Origin: a virus
Taxonomy: Duplodnaviria > Caudoviricetes
Strand: one strand, 5' to 3'
DNA length: 64,000 bases
IMG/VR virus record: IMGVR_UViG_3300037297_000386
The notes beneath the pieces were generated by a model, which had not been told where the DNA came from, did not search any database, and saw only the letters and a list, made by a program, of their open reading frames with translations. The translations under genes were made by a program, and so were the position numbers. Of this stretch, positions 8,326-18,547 are shown piece after piece (the first letter of the stretch is position 1; every line of letters begins with the position of its first letter).

Positions 8326-11300
8326 TTACCCCACTTGTTCTAATGAATTTAATACTAACATATGTGTATCTTTATAAACATTTACTCTACATAATGCTCT
8401 TATCGGTCTCCCAGCAATAATTTTATCTTTTACATGTTTCCATGATTCAGACCATATTTTCATAATAGCACTATTTTTGTTTCTATCCATAACAGTACAA
8501 TTACCATAAATTTTGCCTTTATTTTTCCCACTTTTTATTTTCGGTTGAGTAATATTTTCAACTACAACCTCTACTCTAATCGGTGTTCCATCAGCCAATT
8601 TCTTAAGACGTTTTAAAGATACACATTTATTGGTAAAAAATCCACCATATAAATCATTGATATCTCCTGAAATATATTCTCCCAGTGTTTCGCCTTCCGC
8701 AGTCAATATCTCTTTTTTATTCCATTCCTCATTTACATGATCAATTGAAAATTCGAGATCTTTCATTAATTCCCAGGTGTTTTTTCCGGTTATAGCTGTC
8801 TTTTTGGCATGAGAATTTGCCTTAATTCTTATATTTGAATAATATGTAAAAGCAGATTTTCTTGTAATATTAAGGCTATCAAAACATCCAGCTTTGGCTA
8901 ACGCTTGGATAACTTTTTTATTAACTATATTAGAATTAGTTCTATATAAAAAGTCAGCAAAAGATATAAATGAATGTTCCATTCTGGTTTCTATAATATT
9001 TTTAACAGCTTTAATACCGACACCTTTGATAACAGCAAGCCCCATTATAATAGTTTTATCATCTACAACTGTAAAATAATCACCACTTTTGTTTATATCC
9101 GGGGCCATTATTTTGATGCCCATACGAATAGCTTCTTTCTTATATAATTTAATTTTTTCTTCGCTCGAAGATGATTTTTCTACTTCAGATTTAAGAGCAG
9201 CTGCCATAAAAGCAGATGGATAATGATATTTATAATAAGCTGTATGATATCCATTTAAACTATAAAAAATTCCATGCGGTTTGTTGAAGCCATATCCACC
9301 AAACGGCTCAATAATCTCTTCCCATATTTCCAGAGCTTGTTTGTTTGTTAGATTACTGTGTTTTACTGAACCAGTAATAAAATCATCTTTCAATTTTTTA
9401 ACCATCTCTGGATGTTTACCTTTATATTTAGTTAATTTTCTCAATCCATCGGCCTCATTTAAATCCCATCCAGCGACCACATTTGCGAATTTCATTAACT
9501 GATCTTCATAAACACACACACCAAGTGTATCTTCAAGTGCCTCTTTTACACACGGATGTTTATATTTAATCTTTATATTTTTATTTCTAAATTTTATATA
9601 ATCTTCACGTGATTTTATAGCAGAAGGCCTTCCAAGTGCATTTACTAAACTAAGATCTTCAATACTTTGTGGTTTAATTCGCTTACATAAATTTCTCATA
9701 TGTTGCGACCCCATTTGAAACACACATGTTGTATGTCCATTTGATATCATATCCCATACATTTTTATCATCAAATGGAGCCAATTTTGGTGTATCCAGAC
9801 ATTGCCCACCAAGCATTTTAACATTTAATATAGTATTATCAATAATTTTTAAATGTTCTAATCCCAATAAATCCATCTTAATTAGGCCCACTTCTTCACA
9901 TCTTTCCTTTTCATATTGAAGTGAAATGGTTCCTTTTTTATCGTATCTGAGTGGCACAAGTTCGGAGAGATTTCTATCGCTCACAACAATTCCAGCTGCA
10001 TGAGTGGAATATGTTTTTTCTAAACCAACTAATTTTTTGCCATATTTTTCTAATTCTGGATAAGACGCACAAAACTCTCTAAACTTTTCTGACGTCCTAA
10101 GTGCGTCCTCAAATGTTTCAGAATCCTTAGGTATTGAATCAGTTATTGCATTAGCTATTTTAAATGCATCACTTTTACTACCTCCTAGTTGTAAAGATCT
10201 GGCAACATCTTTAATAACAACCTTGGGAGTCATTGTAGATAGATTGGATACATGAGCAACACATTCTTTTCCATATCGATTAATTATATATTGTTCGACC
10301 CAATTTCTACCGTCCGGGGAAAAATCTGTGTCAATATCTGGAAAAGCTTTTTTATATATATTAATAAATCTTTCAAAAAGTAGGCCATATTGTAATGGAT
10401 CAACCTCATGAATATCTAATAAATAAGCAACCAAAGATCCGCCAACAGATCCTCTTCCAGGCCCAACCCTAATTCCTTGTTCTTTTGCTTTGATAATAAA
10501 GTCGGACACAATTAATAAATAAGAAGCAAAGTTTCGGGATTCCAGGACTTTAATCTCCTTAATCATTCTTTCTTTATATTCTTTCTTTTGTTCTTTAGAA
10601 AGATGTTTAAATTTATTTTTAAAACTATTAATGCAACGGTATCTTAAAAAAGCATGATCATCATATTTAGGTAATCTATTTTGTCGCTTTTTCCATTTTA
10701 AAAAATTCTGATAATCTTGTTCAATTGTTATATCAAATTTAGGAAATTTTATTGTATCATCTTCTAAATAATTAGAATCATCACACCTATTAGCAATTAA
10801 TACAGAATTTTTACACACCTCATCTGCTAATTTAGAATTAAATTTAGTAGAAAAATATTCATTAATGTCTTCATAGGATTTCAAATAAAATTCTTGTTCT
10901 TCATATCTATGCCTATTTAAATCACTGAATGGTTTTTTAGCATTAATTGCCATCAACATATCATGAATTTCGGCATCTTCTTTATTAATATAATGCACAT
11001 CACATGTTGCAACAACAGGAATATTTAATTCTTTAGAAATACCTATTAGTTTATTATTAGTATATTCCTGGTCAACAACAATAATAGCATCACCATTAGA
11101 ATCACATTCAACTTCATTAGTTTTGCGATTCTTCTTATATACTTTTAAATTATGTGGTTGTACTTCTAAATATAAATTAGATTCAAATAATTCTTTTAGT
11201 TTATTAGCTGTTTTAAGAGTTTGTATATAACAAGAATTTTGGTCCCACACATTATCTTCATTAAGTGCAAATAAAGATGCCGCGAGTGGCCCAGATCCAC

Positions 11301-11718
11301 AAGCAGTTAAACATATTATACCATCTTTATGCTCTTGTAAAATTTTCCAATCTACTCTTGGAAAAACTTTGTCCAATACAGGAATATACTGAAAATTAAC
11401 ATATCCTTTGTAATTAATTTGAAGAAGATTTTTATATCCTACCTCATTTTTGGCCAATAAAACAAGATGATATCTTTTACATTTAGAATTTTGAATATCA
11501 TTGACAAAATAAATTTCACACCCAGGAATATATTTAATACCATACTTTTTAGAACACTTATGGGCATCAAAAACAGCTGCCATAGTTCCGTGATCGGTTA
11601 TAGCAATGGATGTTTGCCCCATTTTTTTTGCCATTTTAAATATATCATCTATTGGGGTCATTGCGTCTTGCATACTACCTATAGAAGTGTGCGTATGTAA
11701 ATGTACAAAATTATTCAT
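8326..11718 (-). CDS. dnaE: DNA polymerase III alpha subunit (family C)
   Basis: PHP domain (HLHTH, TDHG, HLVLLAKN, DVHY), GPGRGSVGGSL, catalytic PDIDTD, KMDLLGL, FNKPH, C-terminal OB fold; no intein seen. Confidence 0.97.
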   Translation of the reverse strand: MNNFVHLHTHTSIGSMQDAMTPIDDIFKMAKKMGQTSIAITDHGTMAAVFDAHKCSKKYGIKYIPGCEIYFVNDIQNSKCKRYHLVLLAKNEVGYKNLLQINYKGYVNFQYIPVLDKVFPRVDWKILQEHKDGIICLTACGSGPLAASLFALNEDNVWDQNSCYIQTLKTANKLKELFESNLYLEVQPHNLKVYKKNRKTNEVECDSNGDAIIVVDQEYTNNKLIGISKELNIPVVATCDVHYINKEDAEIHDMLMAINAKKPFSDLNRHRYEEQEFYLKSYEDINEYFSTKFNSKLADEVCKNSVLIANRCDDSNYLEDDTIKFPKFDITIEQDYQNFLKWKKRQNRLPKYDDHAFLRYRCINSFKNKFKHLSKEQKKEYKERMIKEIKVLESRNFASYLLIVSDFIIKAKEQGIRVGPGRGSVGGSLVAYLLDIHEVDPLQYGLLFERFINIYKKAFPDIDTDFSPDGRNWVEQYIINRYGKECVAHVSNLSTMTPKVVIKDVARSLQLGGSKSDAFKIANAITDSIPKDSETFEDALRTSEKFREFCASYPELEKYGKKLVGLEKTYSTHAAGIVVSDRNLSELVPLRYDKKGTISLQYEKERCEEVGLIKMDLLGLEHLKIIDNTILNVKMLGGQCLDTPKLAPFDDKNVWDMISNGHTTCVFQMGSQHMRNLCKRIKPQSIEDLSLVNALGRPSAIKSREDYIKFRNKNIKIKYKHPCVKEALEDTLGVCVYEDQLMKFANVVAGWDLNEADGLRKLTKYKGKHPEMVKKLKDDFITGSVKHSNLTNKQALEIWEEIIEPFGGYGFNKPHGIFYSLNGYHTAYYKYHYPSAFMAAALKSEVEKSSSSEEKIKLYKKEAIRMGIKIMAPDINKSGDYFTVVDDKTIIMGLAVIKGVGIKAVKNIIETRMEHSFISFADFLYRTNSNIVNKKVIQALAKAGCFDSLNITRKSAFTYYSNIRIKANSHAKKTAITGKNTWELMKDLEFSIDHVNEEWNKKEILTAEGETLGEYISGDINDLYGGFFTNKCVSLKRLKKLADGTPIRVEVVVENITQPKIKSGKNKGKIYGNCTVMDRNKNSAIMKIWSESWKHVKDKIIAGRPIRALCRVNVYKDTHMLVLNSLEQVG

Positions 11719-12078
11719 TTAATCTTCCATTGATATCTGGATATTTAATTTATTTGATATCCATTTAACCAAGCAACTTTCGAATTCAATTTTCCTAACA
11801 GCTTTGTTCAAATCGGTATTATTAAATTTCTTTGGCATTACAAATTTGATCACTTTGGCATTGAGTCTTCCTTCTATATGATACCCGCCATTAGCATCTA
11901 TGCGTAACAAACTTACAGATTTAAGTGGATACACAGGTTTACCAAAATTCGTAAAATATTTTGTTATATTTCTATCGATTTGACATGGAAGTGAATAGAA
12001 AAGAGAAAGACACTTTGCGCAACCAGATTTTTTTATCTTAACTATATCAGAAAATTTTAACATGAAAAGACTTTCCAA
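11719..12078 (-). CDS. Hypothetical protein
   Basis: 119-aa ORF abutting dnaE. Confidence 0.55.
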   Translation of the reverse strand: MESLFMLKFSDIVKIKKSGCAKCLSLFYSLPCQIDRNITKYFTNFGKPVYPLKSVSLLRIDANGGYHIEGRLNAKVIKFVMPKKFNNTDLNKAVRKIEFESCLVKWISNKLNIQISMED

Positions 12079-12111
12079 ATTGAAAAATATCTAATGCGAA
12101 AAAATTATGAT

Positions 12112-12354
12112 TTATTTCATAAATACAGAAAGACCTACATCAGTATCACCAGTTTGATGCGACAATAATGCTTTTAATACGTCTCCCATATCATAATTTC
12201 CTGCTCCAATATCATCGACATCGGCCTCTAGGACAAGCTTTACTCTTTCCGAATCTTTTGCTTTTTTAACTTGAAAAGTAACTACTTTAAATCCTGTAAC
12301 TGACTGTTTATTCGTTTCTGTCAACATTGCTTTCCTCACTTTCTTTGTTAGCAT
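12112..12354 (-). CDS. Hypothetical protein
   Basis: Coding-strand ORF overlapping tig 3' end. Confidence 0.55.
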   Translation of the reverse strand: MLTKKVRKAMLTETNKQSVTGFKVVTFQVKKAKDSERVKLVLEADVDDIGAGNYDMGDVLKALLSHQTGDTDVGLSVFMK

Positions 12355-13606
12355 TGTTTATTATAAAATCTATTGTATTTGATGTTTTTAAAATACCCAT
12401 AAAATTATCCATTTGTCCTGAATTATACAAATTACTGACAAGATCATCTTTGGACATATTATTGTGTCTGGCATGATCTTCTAATAATTTATCTAATTCA
12501 TCTGGCGTAATCTCAATACTATTTTCTTTTTCATATATCGAATCAAGTAATATGGCACATTTGACACTACGTTCAGCAATTTTTTGCAATTCGTCTTTAT
12601 CCTTATGTGATAAATCTTGTAATTTATTCTTGCCTGATATACGTAACATTTCTTTTTTTATCATAGATTTTGGAGCGTCGAATTGATTTATATCTAAAAG
12701 CTTAGATACAATTTGTTCTCCTAAAACTGTTCTATTATTAATATTATTATCTTTATGCAATTCAGATTTAATATAATTAAATAATTCATCTACTGATTCG
12801 TATCCAACCATCATTGCTAAATCATTATCAACTTCAGCAAGTTTGATTTCTATTATACTATGAACAGTAATTGTAAATTTGGCTTCTTTCCCAGCCAGAT
12901 GTTTGGCACGATATTCATCTGGAAATGTTACATAAATATCTTTAGATTGGCCGACCATCATATCAACCATTTGATCCTCAAATCCTGGAACAAAATTGCC
13001 ATTGCCAAAATTTTCAATAGAGTAACCCTGGGCAGCTCCACCGTCAAAAGGCATATTGTCGACATATCCTATAAAATCTATAACCAATGAATCCCCAAAT
13101 TGGGCACCGCGATCATTGATTTGCCGTCTTTCAGCAAATTGTTTCTGATATTCGTGTAATTTAGTATTAAACATAGCATCTTCATCATATTGTGGAAAAT
13201 CTAATTTAATTCCATTATATCCGATTGGATCTATTTTCGGTAAAACTTCGACTAATAAATCTACTGAATATGAATTATCGAATCCAAATTTTCCGGGATA
13301 TTTATCAGACATATCAGAAAATGTTGGGTTTTCAACAGGATTTATTTCATAATTTGCAATCGCTTGATTATAATACTCACTTATGAGCATTTGAGCTACA
13401 TTTGATTTAGCTTTGTTACCGAACAACTGTTTAATTCGCTGTAAAGGGGCCCGCCCTTTTCTAAATCCAGGTATCTGTATTTGATTTTTTATGCTATTAA
13501 AAAATTGATCGAATTTTTTATCTACTAATTCTGAAGGAACATTGATTGAAATCTTATATTCGGTATTATTTAATTCTTCAATATTAATTATATCTTGCAT
13601 TTTCAC
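12308..13606 (-). CDS. tig: Trigger factor
   Basis: Ribosome-binding signature IPGFRKGRAP, FKBP domain VIDFIGYVDNMPFDGG..FVPGFEDQM..FPDEYRAKHLAGKEAKF, C-terminal domain. Confidence 0.95.
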   Translation of the reverse strand: MKMQDIINIEELNNTEYKISINVPSELVDKKFDQFFNSIKNQIQIPGFRKGRAPLQRIKQLFGNKAKSNVAQMLISEYYNQAIANYEINPVENPTFSDMSDKYPGKFGFDNSYSVDLLVEVLPKIDPIGYNGIKLDFPQYDEDAMFNTKLHEYQKQFAERRQINDRGAQFGDSLVIDFIGYVDNMPFDGGAAQGYSIENFGNGNFVPGFEDQMVDMMVGQSKDIYVTFPDEYRAKHLAGKEAKFTITVHSIIEIKLAEVDNDLAMMVGYESVDELFNYIKSELHKDNNINNRTVLGEQIVSKLLDINQFDAPKSMIKKEMLRISGKNKLQDLSHKDKDELQKIAERSVKCAILLDSIYEKENSIEITPDELDKLLEDHARHNNMSKDDLVSNLYNSGQMDNFMGILKTSNTIDFIINNANKESEESNVDRNE

Positions 13607-14355
13607 CTCTTGAGTTTTTTCATAAATTCTTCTCTATAACGATCCAGCTGTTTCTCAAATGCTGACCCTCTCATACCATCAGCCAAATCGGATTCAGCCT
13701 TATCGATTTCATCTTTTTCGAGAGCATATTTATCTGTATTATAAAGTAATCTATTTAATTTTTCTATCCATATTTGTGCTATTACGTCGAAATCTGGAGC
13801 CAATTTCGATATTAATCTATCGTCATATAAAGTGTCTACAACTACCATATTTTCCGGAATATTAAGTCCCTGATAGTATGATAATACAGAATCTTTAAGC
13901 GCCCAACGCGTTAAATCATTCTGTGATGGAAAATTTTTACTTTCTATTTTATTTTTTTCATCAAAAACTTCTTGTTCTAATATAGATATCAAATTTCCAA
14001 ATTTTGGCTTTAATTCATTTTCTAAATTAGTATCAACATTTACTATATCATTTTGTTCAGGTAATTGTGTAGATATACTTTTTAAAGCCTTTTTACATTC
14101 TAAACAGTCTTTATAAGATGAATATTTAGAAATACCTTTATGTCTAAAATTATGAATTATAGAAATAATTTCTCTTATTGTTTGTAGATTATTAAAATTA
14201 TATGTGAGGAATTCCTTTTCTTTTTTAATTCTTTTTAATATTTTATCACGATTAATAGACGATATACTATGTAATTGTGACTCATATCGGGCAATACATT
14301 TACGAGCGGCAATTTTTTGATTCGATATTAAAAGTTTTAAATGAAATTTATGCAT
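13603..14355 (-). CDS. Hypothetical protein
   Basis: 250-aa ORF in operon. Confidence 0.55.
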   Translation of the reverse strand: MHKFHLKLLISNQKIAARKCIARYESQLHSISSINRDKILKRIKKEKEFLTYNFNNLQTIREIISIIHNFRHKGISKYSSYKDCLECKKALKSISTQLPEQNDIVNVDTNLENELKPKFGNLISILEQEVFDEKNKIESKNFPSQNDLTRWALKDSVLSYYQGLNIPENMVVVDTLYDDRLISKLAPDFDVIAQIWIEKLNRLLYNTDKYALEKDEIDKAESDLADGMRGSAFEKQLDRYREEFMKKLKR

Positions 14356-14361
14356 TTTAAA

Positions 14362-15222
14362 TTACCTATCAAATAATTCTCTAACCTGCTTGTTTTTTGA
14401 TAGCTCCTTTAATTTTATATTAGCTCCTGCGCTTGATAGACCAACTTCTTCAGCAGCAGCCTTGATAGAATAATCATTAAAATATATCAATTCTATTATC
14501 CTAATTAAACGTGGGTCTTTATTTTTTAACCATTTGTTTATATCACATATAAAAATTATATTATCATCTATGTTTGTAATGTTATTATTCATTGTAAAAT
14601 CTTTAAATTCCAAAGTATTATCACGGGTCCCCGGCATTAATGAAGACTCATTTACTTCAGACATTACCATTGGTGTCTTTTTATTACCGTCACCGATAAT
14701 AGTATTACATTTTGGACATTTTGTTTCATATCCATTACCAAATTTATCAATAAACGAATATCCACATTTACATGATATATTGAATATTCCAATATTTAAA
14801 TAAGTAGCATTTTTTGATATTCTATTTTTATCTCGTATATCATTTATTAATCTTCGATTAACTCTCATTTCAATAAATGTTGATAATTTTGTATTTTTTT
14901 CTGGATTGTACTTTGGTATCCCTTCAAGTATATGAACTATAATATCATGTTTAGTATCTTCAAATAGATTTCCATTGATATGATATCGACATGCCAATTT
15001 TAATATTAACGGTTCTAACTTGTTGATAACTTCTTTATAACCCTCCCCACTTTCAGTATTGATATATATCTCTGAATCATATAACAATACTGTGCCAGCA
15101 AATCCAATGCGTCCTCCATTCTCTTCATTAAAAAAATATTCAAAATCTTGTTTAAGTTTAACATTTTCTTTGTTATTTGCATTTTTCATTTTGACTCCTA
15201 CCAGGTTTGTTGGGCCGGACAA
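14362..15222 (-). CDS. Sigma-70 family sigma factor with central zinc ribbon
   Basis: Region 2 (LEPLILKLACRY..EDTKHDI..YNPEKNTKLSTFI), CKCG/CPKC insert, region 4 (YSIKAAAEEVGLS). Confidence 0.8.
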   Translation of the reverse strand: MSGPTNLVGVKMKNANNKENVKLKQDFEYFFNEENGGRIGFAGTVLLYDSEIYINTESGEGYKEVINKLEPLILKLACRYHINGNLFEDTKHDIIVHILEGIPKYNPEKNTKLSTFIEMRVNRRLINDIRDKNRISKNATYLNIGIFNISCKCGYSFIDKFGNGYETKCPKCNTIIGDGNKKTPMVMSEVNESSLMPGTRDNTLEFKDFTMNNNITNIDDNIIFICDINKWLKNKDPRLIRIIELIYFNDYSIKAAAEEVGLSSAGANIKLKELSKNKQVRELFDR

Positions 15223-15992
15223 ATGTTTTTAAAATCACACCAATCACAGAGTCTAGTTGGAATTGGTGTCCATACATTTTCTACCATTATTTTATTCCCA
15301 TATTCTATGAGAGTTTTTTCTATTTTATTTATATCTTCTATTGTGAAATCATAACTCTTCGAATTTGAATTATGTCTTAATAAAATATAAGATCCTCTAA
15401 ATGATTGCATTTCGGGATATTTCTTTTTAAGCCATAATCCATAAACGAGCAATTGAAAATCATCTATATATTGTGTGTTTTTCGTTGTTTTATAATCTAT
15501 AATATGAAATCGCCCATCTCTCATTAAATCAAATCTATCTAATAGACCACGTACTAATATTTTATCATTAAGGTAAAAGCTAAATGATGTTTCTATTCCT
15601 TGAACATTTGGTATACCTTCTTTCTTAAGCATACCTAAATATCCTAATTTTAATTCTCCATTTTCATCTAAATATTGAACGCTCAATAAATCTTTAGCTT
15701 TTTGAACAATGTTCCCACTTAATTTTGGAAATGCCTTTCTAGCTTTAATGAAAGATTTACTCATGATTTCAGCATAATCGTTTTTATTTACATATTTTTT
15801 CATACAATATTCATGAAAGAACTCCAAAGTCTTATGACACAAATGCCCAAGGCCTAAGTGATCCCACTCTTTTCTAGGAACTCTCTCAATATAATTGAAA
15901 AAATATTTCTTTGGACATTGTTCATAAGTTTTTACAGAACTTGCGGAAAGTTTTATCAATTGTAATTTTTTAGTTTGTTTTTTAATTGTCAT
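15198..15992 (-). CDS. PD-(D/E)XK nuclease, RecB/Cas4-like with Fe-S cysteines
   Basis: LSASSVKTYEQCP, RGLLDRFD, IIDYKT, CDWCDFKNICP. Confidence 0.88.
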   Translation of the reverse strand: MTIKKQTKKLQLIKLSASSVKTYEQCPKKYFFNYIERVPRKEWDHLGLGHLCHKTLEFFHEYCMKKYVNKNDYAEIMSKSFIKARKAFPKLSGNIVQKAKDLLSVQYLDENGELKLGYLGMLKKEGIPNVQGIETSFSFYLNDKILVRGLLDRFDLMRDGRFHIIDYKTTKNTQYIDDFQLLVYGLWLKKKYPEMQSFRGSYILLRHNSNSKSYDFTIEDINKIEKTLIEYGNKIMVENVWTPIPTRLCDWCDFKNICPAQQTW

Positions 15993-16004
15993 ATATTATT
16001 CCTA

Positions 16005-16910
16005 TTAAATACTAGATTGTTTGCCACGATAGATCCATTCGAATACTAGCGGCTGTCCTACAGATCTTACCCCAACATTATTCGTGCTTGTGATATCACT
16101 CGGGAGCTCTTGTATATTTCTTATATGTCTACCTTCATTATGATCAAAATAGTAAGATACCATTACATTATTTTTAGAATTATAAAATCTTCTAACAAAT
16201 CCACCACTGACATAAGTAGAATCATCAGCAGGTTCTCGAATTCTTTTACCACCAAATTCTTTGTATGGGTCATGTAATCCGCCAAATCCTCTTAATATTA
16301 ATTGTAAATCATTAGATTTACGATTATCTATTAATATCATTCTTGCATCAGGATTAAACATTTCACCAATTTCAGGGGTCGAAAATGGAACAAATCCATT
16401 ATCAACTAATGACGATGTAGAATCTGGATCAGGAACCCCAACTTTAATCTCCGTACCTTCAGCAATACCTTCAAATCCGCGATCTTCTCGTATGATATCT
16501 AATGTTTCTAAATCTACATCAATAAATCTAGCTGGTGCACCCTCAGCATCATACCAATCTGGAACATCTTCACCAGTATCTGCTCTGTCTAAAATAAACC
16601 CTTCTCCTTTTATATTTCTGGCGACTGTTATTTCGCTCGTATCAGGAGCAAACACTTGGGTTAAGATGGGCCCAAATATTCCATTATTATCTACCCCAAA
16701 TGCACTTAATATAACAGAATTAACGCCAGATGGCATTTCAAAGCTTCCAACATATATTGGAGAACTTGTAGTTGGAACTGTACCATCAATTGTAAAAAAT
16801 ATGGTTGCTGGAATATTAGAAGTAATAGACATAGTTTCCGGTATACCAGAAATTATCTCGTCATCCGATCCAGTAAATGTAAGAGTTACGACAGCCATCA
16901 TTGTCCTCAA
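16005..16910 (-). CDS. Protein with N-terminal Fn3-associated/CHB_HEX_C-like Ig domain
   Basis: TIFFTIDGTVPTTSSPIY motif. Confidence 0.6.
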   Translation of the reverse strand: MRTMMAVVTLTFTGSDDEIISGIPETMSITSNIPATIFFTIDGTVPTTSSPIYVGSFEMPSGVNSVILSAFGVDNNGIFGPILTQVFAPDTSEITVARNIKGEGFILDRADTGEDVPDWYDAEGAPARFIDVDLETLDIIREDRGFEGIAEGTEIKVGVPDPDSTSSLVDNGFVPFSTPEIGEMFNPDARMILIDNRKSNDLQLILRGFGGLHDPYKEFGGKRIREPADDSTYVSGGFVRRFYNSKNNVMVSYYFDHNEGRHIRNIQELPSDITSTNNVGVRSVGQPLVFEWIYRGKQSSI

Positions 16911-16921
16911 AAAAAATAATA

Positions 16922-17263
16922 TTATTGCACTACTCTTAAAAATCTTTCACTATTTTTAACATGCCCCTTTCTTATATATTCGCGTTGTATCCGATGCGCT
17001 AAAATTCTTAAAATAGATGCTAATCTATAATAAACAGATTTGATTGATTTTTCATTATCATTGTTTTCACCAATATTACGAGCACGTTTAATAACAGCTT
17101 GATGCATATCCATTAACATTTCATCTGCATCATCTATTTCATTTATGGCAATTAAGGATCTAGTAAGCATTCTATTATATGTTTCATCATCTCCATATTT
17201 AATAATACTTTGTACAAACATATTTAGCTCTTCTTCTTTTAATATATAGTGTTTGAATTCCAT
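16922..17263 (-). CDS. Hypothetical protein
   Basis: 113-aa ORF in operon. Confidence 0.55.
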   Translation of the reverse strand: MEFKHYILKEEELNMFVQSIIKYGDDETYNRMLTRSLIAINEIDDADEMLMDMHQAVIKRARNIGENNDNEKSIKSVYYRLASILRILAHRIQREYIRKGHVKNSERFLRVVQ

Positions 17264-17865
17264 TGTATCTTTAACCTTTGTATTTGCTTTAATATATCTT
17301 CAAAATTAAACGCTCGATATATTTTAAATCTATCTATTTCATTATTATATTTTCTATTTACTATAATTGTATGAATTCCATTTTTAGATGCTTCGAGGGC
17401 AGTGGACATTTTATCCTCTATTATAATAGGAATTCCATAATTTTTGCAAAATAAAATTTTATTATGGGTAAAAAATACATTATCAACACAAATATTATGA
17501 TTATTTAACCATGTATATGTATCATACTTTATTTGTTTCTGTATTTCTAACGGAAATTTTTGATCCCATTCGCCTATCCGAGCAGTTACAATAAAAATAT
17601 TACACGTGTCATTAAGTTTTTTAACAAATTCAGAAGCCCCATTAAATATTGGTAATTTAACAAATCCACCCTGTTGAATCCATTTTTTACTGGCTTCATC
17701 GAGATCAACAAAATCTACTCCATGACCCCAGTCTTTAAATAAGTAACTGTGCGGTTCCGAATGTATATTCAAATTACAATTATAATTACTATTAAGATAA
17801 CCAGCGAATCCCTTATAAAAATCGGCTATAACACCATCCATATCGAGTAATACTCTTAATTTCAT
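17239..17865 (-). CDS. HAD-family 5'(3')-deoxyribonucleotidase
   Basis: LLDMDGVIADF, FIVTAR, IIEDK. Confidence 0.85.
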   Translation of the reverse strand: MKLRVLLDMDGVIADFYKGFAGYLNSNYNCNLNIHSEPHSYLFKDWGHGVDFVDLDEASKKWIQQGGFVKLPIFNGASEFVKKLNDTCNIFIVTARIGEWDQKFPLEIQKQIKYDTYTWLNNHNICVDNVFFTHNKILFCKNYGIPIIIEDKMSTALEASKNGIHTIIVNRKYNNEIDRFKIYRAFNFEDILKQIQRLKIQWNSNTIY

Positions 17866-17866
17866 A

Positions 17867-18547
17867 TTAAATACCCTTCTGTCTTACTTCAAAATTGTCA
17901 ATATATAAATGTATATTATTTTCGTATTCGGGATGGTTATACAAATCAATCAAATCCTCGGCAAAGAAGAATTTATCTAAATATTTATAAAAATTATATA
18001 AACCGTTTTTATTATTGTATATATAACGTAATTGAGATTTTTTATGCTTCATAAATTCAATAATCATATTTTTTGGCAACTTAGATCCTACTAAATATCC
18101 ATTGCGATCGAAGTCTTCCAAACATTCACACTTCACCCAATATATTCGCTTCAATATCGCATTAATATCCGAAAAAGCTTGAAATTCTTCTGGAGTACGA
18201 ATATCTGTAATAATTATAGAATTTTTTGAAACTTCTGCTCTATTTATTACTTTATCTATAAAATATCTGGAGTTATTCTTCTTTTTTTCTGCACTAAAAT
18301 TCCATAATTTATTTCTTAATTCTTCAATATTTCCGGCTATTTTGGCGGCTTCAAAATCTTCTTTACTTATCCCAAATTCATCCTTAATTTGATCAGCAAA
18401 AGCCATCTGAGTGAAATTCCGATTTTCTGTTAAAAAATTTGCTACAGCATCTTTACCAACTCGCAGTCTGCCAATTAGACCATACATTCGTTTAAACGGA
18501 AACATATCATTATAACTCCTCTTTATTAATAGATAATATTTGTTCAA
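17867..18547 (-). CDS. Deoxynucleoside monophosphate kinase
   Basis: GLIGRLRVGKDAVA, AFADQIK, IITDIR. Confidence 0.8.
   Translation of the reverse strand: MNKYYLLIKRSYNDMFPFKRMYGLIGRLRVGKDAVANFLTENRNFTQMAFADQIKDEFGISKEDFEAAKIAGNIEELRNKLWNFSAEKKKNNSRYFIDKVINRAEVSKNSIIITDIRTPEEFQAFSDINAILKRIYWVKCECLEDFDRNGYLVGSKLPKNMIIEFMKHKKSQLRYIYNNKNGLYNFYKYLDKFFFAEDLIDLYNHPEYENNIHLYIDNFEVRQKGI

Noticed and set aside
16261-16959. Long plus-strand ORFs (also 1350-1832, 4964-5338, 29052-29501)
   Set aside because: Antisense shadows of well-supported minus-strand genes, with no motifs.
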